The notes under the pieces were generated by a model. The model was not told where the DNA came from, did not search any database, and saw nothing but the letters and a program-made list of their open reading frames with translations. 17,284 nt of DNA from Fonticula alba ATCC 38817 (Eukaryota; Protista; Nucleariida), in the NCBI GenBank assembly GCA_000388065.2, contig KB932203.1. One strand, given 5' to 3'. Below, piece by piece: positions 1 through 8,900 of this stretch (the first letter of the stretch is position 1; the number at the start of each line of letters is the position of its first letter). The translations under genes were made by a program, and so were the position numbers.

Positions 1-59
1 CCTCCCTATGTGCTCTGTCCGAAAAAAAAACAACAAACAACAAACAAACAAAACAATAG

Positions 60-569
60 GTCGTACGCCTCCGGCCAGATGCGCTGGTTCCGCCACGATG
101 CCTCCTTCTACTGGCTTACGGCCAGCAATCCGTCCGTCCTGTCGGACATTGTCCGGTTGTTCTCCGCCGCCTATGGTGCGTGTGTTGCTTCTTCCACGCC
201 AGCCTCCCGCTCCCTGGTGGAATATCCCCCTTTCCCCTCATCCTCCTTCCCCCCCCCCCTCTCTCTCTCCCTCTCGCTCCCTCCCTCTGCCTCTAACCCG
301 TGTCCTCTGTTGGGTTTGCAGTCGCCCCCCACGAGAATGACCTGTCTCCGGTGCCGATCCAGCGCATCGCTCGGACCCTTCCCTTCCTTCTGTCGTCGGC
401 CGAGAAGACCCGCTTCGATGTGGATGCCTATTATGCCCTATCTCGCCGGTCGACCCCCTACCAGTACGGGATCTCCCCCTCGGAGGAGTTCATGCTGGAG
501 GAGCGCATCCTCAAGTACCTCGCTGAGCGGAATGTTTCTCTGCCCCTCAACGTGGATGACACCGAGTAA
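60..569 (+). CDS. miaA: tRNA dimethylallyltransferase (tRNA isopentenyltransferase, MiaA/IPT9-like), last two exons; 5' part lies outside the window
   Basis: Exons 60..175 and 322..569. Acceptor AG is at 58-59, donor GTGCGT at 176 and acceptor TTGCAG ends at 321; phase 1 is consistent. The translation RSYASGQMRWFRHDASFYWLTASNP resembles the MiaA-family C-terminal motif (T/S)RxYAKRQxTWFR...W. Stop TAA is at 567-569. Family call is from motif recall, not a database search. Confidence 0.72.
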
Positions 570-672
570 CGACCCCAAGATGGGCCTCTCGTTGCTTGCC
601 CCATTCGCTCCTCCCTTCCTCCCTTTATGGCTGCCACCCTCTCCCCTCCCCCATAATAGACAGGCCAGATCG

Positions 673-673
<1 letters not shown>

Positions 674-707
<34 letters not shown>
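674..707. repeat. (CA)n microsatellite between two convergent gene ends
   Basis: About 17 uninterrupted CA units. Confidence 0.95.
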
Positions 708-712
<5 letters not shown>

Positions 713-818
713 CTCGACGCACTGGGCGCGTCTCGCCCTCTCCCCCCTGGCTCTGCTAAGAGGCATGGACAGGGCACCTTGTATTCCCGCCTGGCACGCG
801 ATGGCACTGCCGGTTGCT

Positions 819-3800
819 CTAGCGTGCCCCGCGTGGCCGGGGCCTCCTCTGGCAGGCGGCGATGTGACGATTCCAGCGGACACAAATGGGCGACGCGTAC
901 TCGGCCAGGTGCCGAGAGCTGCCGCGGAAGTCCGCCACATCGGAAAGGAAAAGCTGCCGGACGGGCGCCCGCCGGCCCGGGGCCTCATCCACCAGGGGAA
1001 CCTGCCGCTGACAGAGGCCACACAGAGCGGTGCCATCCTGCACGCACCAGCCCACCGACCCGCCCCCCGGAGGGCCGAGCACACATGCCGCAAACAGGGG
1101 AAAGTGAAAGAGAGGGGGAGAGGAGCCGATTAGCATGTGCGGGGACGAGAAGCCCGGGAGCCAGAGACGGAGAGGAGATGCCAGAACCCAAAGACCCCTG
1201 GGCAGGCTCGTCTCACAGAAGGGCGAAGGGGGGGGGGAGGCGCAAGCACGCACCTTTCGCTCATGGGGGTCGGAGATGGACGCCGGCAGGGGGTATGGCC
1301 GGCCGGTCAGCCGTGACACCCCGTGTGCCAGCTCGACGTGCTTCCAGAAGGAGCCGTCGGCCAGGTTGAACCACACTGGCGCGTAGGCCGGCAGTCGGGG
1401 GATGGACTCCCCCGGGCGCAGGCCCCGGGCAAGGCCCTGCAGGATGCTGCCATCCGGCGGGCAGTCTGGCGACGGCTCGCCAGGCGTCCGATCCCCCGAG
1501 CCGGGGTCCACGTCCGGCGGGGGCGGCGCCCAGGGCAGCTGACACCCCCGCGACATGGTTTCCAATGCCAGCCGGTGATTTGTCGGATGGTAGTCTGGAC
1601 GAGGGATGAACAGCTGGCTGTCGAAGTGGCCGCCATTCAAGAACGCCCGCAGGGTGAAAGCCTCGGCGCAGAAGTCGCACCTGAGCTCCTGCCCGGGGCC
1701 CTGGCCGCGTGCCCACCGGGGCACCAAGCGGCCCTCAACCGACGGGGCCGTGGCAGGCCGGTACGGCTTCCAGACAGTTGGCATTGGTCAGGCTCGCAGA
1801 CGCACATGCAAGCAACCGCACCCACCCACGCGCAGACACCTGCACCCCCACCTGGAGCGGAGGCCCGGGGCAAAAAGCAAAACAGCCTAGCCCACGCACA
1901 TAGGATCGGTCCGAGCGCGGGCGCTTTGGCAGGGCGGCCGCCGGTTGAAGTAGCCCCGCCGGCATGGGAAATCCACGGGGTGCCTCGGCCGACGGTGCCG
2001 GGCGTTGGCGTTTCCGACTGGCCGAGTCATTTGACAAGTGGGTGGCCTCATCTTGCGGCGAGTCCGGCGGGTGGGACGGACGCCCAGCCGCCGGTTCCGG
2101 GGAAAGCAACACTGATGAGCCTCCCCCAATCGGCATGAGTCGCGCTTCCGGGGCATTTACCAGCAACACCGGCGACAGGTCGGGCGAGGCAATGCGAGCC
2201 GACACCACCGAGGGGCCGAAATCCATCCGTGGCGTGGATGTCGTCAAGCCGCTGGCGCTGGCGCCGGCGCTGGCGCCGGCACCGGTGCCCGCGTCAGTCA
2301 CCAGGTCCGAGGGCATCGGCAAGCCAACACCGACCCGAGGGACGAAGGTGTGTGTGTCCCAAGCCGGGGAATCGGCCCAGGAGGAAAGTTCCGCCAGATG
2401 GGCCTCGCCCATGCCCGGGGGGGAGGGGCTTGTCGGGTCGGTGGCTGACCAGCCCTCCTCGGCCGGCCAGCTGGCCGGGCTGCCGACAGCAATGCCGAAA
2501 TGCTGCAGCCGGTCGAGCAGGCCGGCCGACGGCCCGACTGGGTGCACCGTTTCATCGAGCAGGTCCCGGGCTCCCGGCTGGCCACGGTCGCCGGTCGGCT
2601 GAGGCATGCCCTCCGAGGGAGATTGCCCCGGGGGCAGCATCACATCGAAGACCATGCTGCCGAAGTCCAAGATGCTCGACACCATGCCCCCCGGCAGGGG
2701 GGACCTCCACATGCCGGTGGCATTGCGGGGCGTGGCCTCGGGCGATCGGCGCCGATGGCGCTTGTGCAGGCGGCGCCGGCGCCGCCAGCGCCGGGCTTCA
2801 GATGCCAGCACCAGGGGGAAATCCCCGTCTGAGTGATCGAAGAGCGAGGAGGACAAGCAAAAGACAGGGCCGTGGCCCGGAAGGGGGAGCAGGGCGGTCA
2901 GCAACGGGGAGGCCGCATGCCGGGATCTCGTGTGGCCAGAGGGGTCTCCCCCCGACGGGAGGAGGGGCATCCGTTGCACGCACCAGGGCCCGCGGCCCAC
3001 GAGCAGGGCAAGCGCCGGTCCCGTGGCCGAGCCAAGGGCTCCGGCCAGGCGACACTATACCAGAAGGTCTGGTGGAAGTGCCCATCAAAGAGGGGCCCCT
3101 CGCCCCGGCGGGGGAAGGCCAAGTAGGCCAAGTCCGCCAGGAAGTCGGCTCCAATCACCCGGCACCGGGCGCATGTGGCACGCCCGGCGACCAGAGCCCA
3201 ATGGCCCCGGACCAGGGTCTTGGCTGTTGGCGGCCGGGCCCCCAGGCGCAAATGCCCAAGGCAGGGAGCCCACGCCCCATGGTGGTAGAGGGCAAGAGCC
3301 TGGCCGAGCGCCGGCGATGGCCCATGTCCGGCCTGGAGGATCCGGAGGAAGAAGTGCCCAAAGTGCCGACACGCCCGGTCGAGCACGGCATCAGACCGCG
3401 CGCACAGCAAGCACCACGGCTCGGCGGCCCACTCGGCCGACCGGCGGATGGCCCGACCCAGCCGGGCCCCGGCATTGGTCGCGTGCCCGGCCTCGCGCTT
3501 GGCGCATCTCACGGCCCCAGACGCCAGCCAGGGGGCCGCCGAGCTGGCAGCCGTTGGCCGGATCCGGCGCGACGCCGACCACAGGGGCGTCCCATCGGTC
3601 GGCTCGCCGGGGCCGGGCACAGGCCCGGGGCCGCTCACGCGCGGGGGAGTGCTCGGCGGCGGCGGCGGCGGCGGGGGCGGCGGCGGCGGCGGCAGCGGCG
3701 GCGAGGTCTCGGGCGCCGAGCCGGGAGCCGGGCCGGCCAGCCAGCTGGGCAGCAGCGCCCGAATCAGCGGGTCCTGCGAGGCCCCAGGTAGCTCCGGCAG

Positions 3801-4013
3801 CCGGGGCTCATACGTGATGAAGGCCTCCAGCGAGGGCCCAAGCAGGGGTGAGGGGTCGGCCTCGTCCGGCTCGGACTTGATGAGGATCGCCTCATCGAGC
3901 CCGGCCTCCGGCAGTGAGGCGGCCGAAGCGATGCCGCCCTGCCACTGGGGGGCGTCGACATTTTCCTGCTTGATGTGGATGCCGGCCGTCAGGTCCGGCG
4001 CCCTGCCAAGCAT
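819..4013 (-). CDS. Uncharacterised ~875-895 aa protein, probably nuclear, with several CxxC/His motifs and long disordered regions
   Basis: Modelled exons: 4013..2984, 2828..1900, (1766 or 1700)..1254, 1037..819. All three donors are GTGCGT (2983, 1899, 1253). Phases 1/0/0 join three separate long ORFs (2898..4046, 1735..3000, 819..1784) into one frame. Branch-like CTGAC/CTAAT motifs precede the acceptors. The start codon (ATG 4013) and the exon 3 acceptor are uncertain. No homolog recognised. Confidence 0.62.
3653..3702 (-). repeat. (CCG)n tract encoding poly-Pro in the orphan gene
   Basis: GGC repeats on the + strand give PPLPPPPPPPPPPPPP on the - strand. Confidence 0.85.
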
Positions 4014-4819
4014 CCCACACACACACACACACACACGCTCGCGCACCGTGGAGCGCGGATGCCCAGCGTCCCTGAACGGCCGCGCGCCCGTGTATGAATG
4101 AGTGGATGAATGAGTGCGGGCGTGCGTCTGGTTGGGTCTTTCTCACTCTCTCACTCTCTCACTCTCTCTTTCTTCTGCCTCCGATAGGGAGGTGTGTGTG
4201 TGTGGGTGTGTGTGTGGGTGTGTCTGTGTGTGCGTGTGCGTGCGCGTGCGTGCCAATCGCACCGACCCCGGCGGAGAGGCGGCGAGAGGAGCCAAGGCGA
4301 TGCGCGGAAGGGGGGGACCGGTATGGGGAAACGTCGAGGCGCCGAGTGTGAGGGGGGGGGGGGGGGGGGAGGTAGTGATTATCCTGTCCGTGTGTGCCAG
4401 GGGCGCCTGGTGCCAGGGGCAAGCTTGAATTTAGTGCGCCTAGTTTGCGCCCGGTGCCGGGGCCATCCCCGCGCACCGGCCCGTCTGGCCGCACCTGCCC
4501 ACCCCCGCCGGGGGGAGGGGGCGATCTGGCGGCGTCTGCCTGGTGGCCCGAGTGGCGCACGCTTGGGTCGACCGGCTGTGGATCTCACTTGGAGGGGGGA
4601 CGATCCCGGGCAATGATCCGCCCCCCCCCCCATTGGGCACGCCCCCGGCGGCGTCCGCGAGGACGGCTCGCCCGCGCCGGCCAGATCGCCGCAGGACGTG
4701 CCCCGACTTGTGCACCAAACCCAAGCCATGGTGCGCTGGCAGGTGCGGGACGTTTTTATTTGAAATGTCCCTCGCCGGGGTGTGTGGCGGCTGTTCCTGC
4801 GGTCCGGGGCGCCGCGGGA

Positions 4820-4852
<33 letters not shown>

Positions 4853-5078
4853 GGCACGGGTCAGGCCCTTTTCGGAGGGCGCCCGGCGGGCCATGGGCTC
4901 CCCCCTGGCCGTCACAGCATCTTCTCTCCTTCTTTCTTTCCCTCCCCCACCTCCCCCTCTCCCTACATACATATTCCCTCCCCTCGTGTCTTTGTCCGGC
5001 GCTCTTTCACCCAGACACACCCGCCTTCCCCTCCCTCTCTGTTGCAGCATCCCGCCCACGCGCACGGAAGAGCTCCTG
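4014..5078. promoter_or_regulatory. Divergent intergenic region, putative bidirectional promoter of the orphan gene and MSH6
   Basis: About 1.07 kb between oppositely oriented start codons. Contains poly-G (4352-4369), poly-C (about 4620-4631 and 4822-4850), GT/CT microsatellites and a short AT-rich patch at 4753-4767. Promoter function is inferred from position only. Confidence 0.5.
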
Positions 5079-5948
5079 ATGGCCGCGCCCTCGACCCCCT
5101 CGACGCCGCGCGCCGCGCAAAAAAGTCTGCTGGCCTTCTTCTCGCGGCAGCCCAAGAAGGAGCCGGTCGATGCCATGGGCCCCGGGCCCTCGGTGCCGGC
5201 CGCGCCGCCCGGTGTGTCTTCCCCTCGCCTTCCGTTCCTCTCCTCTCCTCTCCCCTCACCGCGTGCCCGCGTCTGCTCCTCCGTGTGGCTCTGCCACCGC
5301 GCTCGCCACAGCACTGACCCCCACGCGCTGGACGTTCTTCCCCGGGCCTTCAACCAGCAGTTGAGGCCGGGCCCAAGCGCAGTCGCTCGCCCTCGCCCCC
5401 GCCGCGGCCGCTCGCCAGCCCGATGAAGATCGAGCCGACCTCGGTGGTCAAGCCCGAGCCAACCTCGGTGGTCAAGCCCGAGCCGGTGGCAATGGGTGAG
5501 CCCGAGTCGCGGCCGGCGGCGCCGCAGCACACGCCAAAGCGCGCGCGCCGGGCCACGGCCCTCATCCTCGACGACGACATGCACACCGCCAGCGAGCACT
5601 CCGACAGTGACTGCTATGTGCCCGAGTCGGAGGAGGACTCGCCGCCGGCCCGGCGGTCCACCCGACTGACTGGGCGCCGGGCCGCCGGCGCCGCTCCCGC
5701 CGCCACCGCCACCCCCCGGCGGGACAGCGCCTCCGCCGAGTCCGGCCATCTGGGCATCCACTCCGGCCTGGCGGCCACCCCCCAGCGGCCGAGCGGCCCG
5801 TTGGCCGCGTTTGCCAGCCCCTCCGCGGCCCCGGACACCACCCCCTCACGGGCCCCGGTGTGGACCCCCTCGCGGACCCCGGGCGGGGGACTGGCACGGC
5901 CGCTCTTCGCCCCGGGCAGCCCGGGGTTCATGGAGCCGGACACCCCGA

Positions 5949-5982
<34 letters not shown>

Positions 5983-8900
5983 CAGCCTGCGCTATGCCTT
6001 CCTGCAGAACCCGCTGGACGCGCGCCGGCGCCCGCGCGACCACCCGGACTACGACCCGAAGACGCTGTACATCCCGCCGGAGGTGATGCGCACCTTCAAG
6101 CCCTTCGAGGCCCAGTACTGGAAGATCAAGTGCCAGTACTTTGACACGCTGCTCTTCTACAAGAAGGGCTTCTTCTACGAGCTGTATGAGGGCGACGCCG
6201 ACATCGGTGTCCAGGAGTTGGACTTGACCTACACGCGCATGGCCCGGGCCGGGGAGATGAAGTGCGCCGGCTTCCCCACCAGCAAGGTGGAGGAGTGGAC
6301 GGCCAAGGCCCTGGCCCGGGGGTACCGGGTGGCGCGCGTGGACGAGATGGAGTCCGGGCTGGCCAAGAGCCTGCGCGCGCGCGAGGCCGGCCAGCCCCCG
6401 GGCGGCACGCCTTCCGGCTCGCAGAGCACCGTCCTCGGGCGTGGGCTCACGCAGATCGCCACCCCCGGGACCCTGGTCCATTCGGAGCTCCTGCTGCAGG
6501 GGGCGGCGCCGCGCTTTTGCGCGTCCATCTGCCAGGCCACCGTGCCCGGGCCCGGTGGCGCCGGCTCGGTCACGGCTTTCGGTGTGGTGCTGCTCGACGC
6601 GTCGACCGGGCAATTCCGTGTCGGCCTCATCCGCGAGGAGGATGACACCGCGGCCGAGGACCCCCACGCCGGGCCGGGCGCCGGGGGGGTGGCCTCCGGC
6701 GGCATGTGCATCGGGGCGGCCGATTGCGCCCGGCTGGAGACCCTGCTGGTGCAGACCCGGCCGCGGGAGATTGTCTACCCGCGTGGGCGTCTTGACCGGA
6801 CGGCCTTGCGGGCCATCCGAGCGGCGGCCGCCCGCGTTGGCGGCGGCTCCACCGGCGCCCGGTATGGCTCCAATGTGCTGACGGCCCTCGAGCCGGGGTC
6901 CGAATTTTGGGATGCCGCCGCCACCGAAGCCGAGCTGGACATGTACCTGGCCCCGGGTGCCGGGGGCGCATCGGCCGGCGGGCCGGATGCCAGCCCCCTG
7001 CTGCAGCAGCTGGCCGACTCGCTCGACGCGGCCTTCGACCAATTCACCGCCATGGAGACCGAGCAGCCCGGCGACAAGGCGGCCGCCCTGGGCCACGGCA
7101 CGGGGGCCCCCGGGTCCGGGCGCTTCCTGGACCGGCTGCCGGCCGAGGTGGCGGCCCTGCTGCGCGCGGAGCCGGTGGTCCTCTCGGCTCTCGGGGGTTT
7201 GGTTTGGTACTTGCGGCGGATCCGCCTCGATGAGGATCTCCTCCTGCAGGGGCGCTTCTCCATCTTGCAGCTGGCGGACGACCTGTCGCACTTGGAGCAG
7301 CCGGCCGGGGCCGGGGCCGGGGCCGGGGCCACGACCACGGCCACCGACCAGGACTCCTGGCCGGAGGCCGGCTCGGCGGCCACCGCCCCGGTGCTGGTCC
7401 TCGATGGCAAGACCCTGCTCAGTCTCGGGGTGGTGGATGAGAGTCCGGAGGCCGGCGAGGCGGCGGCCAGCGCCGGGCGCCGGGCCCTCGGGTCCAGCTT
7501 CGACCCGCTGACCGGGGTGGCCAGCTCGCTGCACAGCCTGCTGGATACCACCCGCACCGCCGGCGGGGCCCGGCTCCTGCGCGACTGGTTGCAATACCCG
7601 CCGGCGGTCCGGTCGCAGATTGAACTCCGGCAGGATGCCGTCGGGCAGCTGCTCACCGGGCCCGGGGCTTCCGGGGCCGAGGACCTGGCCGCCGCATTGG
7701 CCGCCGTGCCGGACATCGAGCGCCTGGTGTCGCGCTTGCAAACGGCCGGCGGCGCCTCCGGCGGGTCCATCGGGCCCAAGATGTTTGTGGACCTGGTGGC
7801 CGGTGTGGAGGCCATGGCTCAGGTGGGCGAGACCCTGGGCCGGGTGGTGGAGCGTCTGGCCCGGGCGGCGGCCGATCCGGCCGCCGTGGCCGAGGATCCC
7901 GGCCTGGCGGATGTCCGCGCGCCGCCCGGGCTGGTCCCGCGCTTGGAGGCCCTGGCGCGGGTCTTCCACGGGGCGCGGCTCCGGGCCACCGTGGCCAATG
8001 TCTGGCGGCAGGTGGACCGGCCGGCGGCCCTGGCGGCGGCCGCTGCCACCGGCACGGCTGCCGCGGCGGCCGGCGGCCTGGCCCCCTGCGCCGGGTCCCT
8101 GCCGCCATACGACCAGCTGGCCCAGAGCATCGGCCGGCTGGAGGCCGAGGTGGAGGCCCTGCGCCGGGATGTGGTCCGGCAGCTGGGCGCCGCGCGCGAT
8201 GCCGATGTCTCCTTCCGGTCCATCGGCAGCGATCGGTTCCTGTTGGAGATTTCGAACAGCGCGCGGCTGCGCAACCCCGGCCTCCTGGACCGGGCCCCGA
8301 CCGGCGGGGCCCACACCAACTCGGATTTCATCCTGGTGTCCAAGACCAGCACCCTGCGGCGCTTCCTGACCCCGGCCGTGCGGGATGTCAGCCAGCGCAT
8401 CGCCGAGCTGGAGGACCGCCGTGCCGAGGTCCTCCGGCTCTTCGGGGCCCGGCATGCGGCCTTTGTGACCCGGCGCCAGGCCCGGCGGGCGTGGCTCCCG
8501 GCGGCCGAGGCCTGCGCCGAGCTGGACTGCCTGCTGGCGTTGGCCCGGGCCAGCAGCCCATCCGGCCCGATGGGTCCCTGCGTCCGGCCGCGCTTCGTGC
8601 CCCTGACGCCGGCCGAGCGCCGGCGGCCCCTGGCCGAGGCCTATGTGCGTGTGGACCGGCTCCGGCATCCGCTCATGCGGGCCGAGCGCTTTGTGCCGAA
8701 TTCCCTGGCTTTGGGCCGGCGGCCGGCCGGCCTGGCCGCGGCCCTGGCCGCCGAAGGGGTGTCTCCCCCGGCCGGTGGCAATGCCGACCAGCCCGGGGCC
8801 GCCGATGACGATGCGCACATCCTCCTGCTGACCGGCCCCAACATGGGTGGTAAGTCCACCCTCCTGCGGCAGGTGTCCCTGGCTGTCATCCTGGCCCAGG

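Noticed and set aside
2229-3817. 520 aa and 295 aa + strand ORFs
   Set aside because: They are antisense to the orphan gene, are R/P/G/A low-complexity, and lack splice support.
4379-5761. 460 aa - strand ORF and other ORFs in the divergent intergenic region
   Set aside because: They overlap MSH6 antisense and homopolymer tracts, and give repeat-derived poly-Gly/Pro with no motifs.
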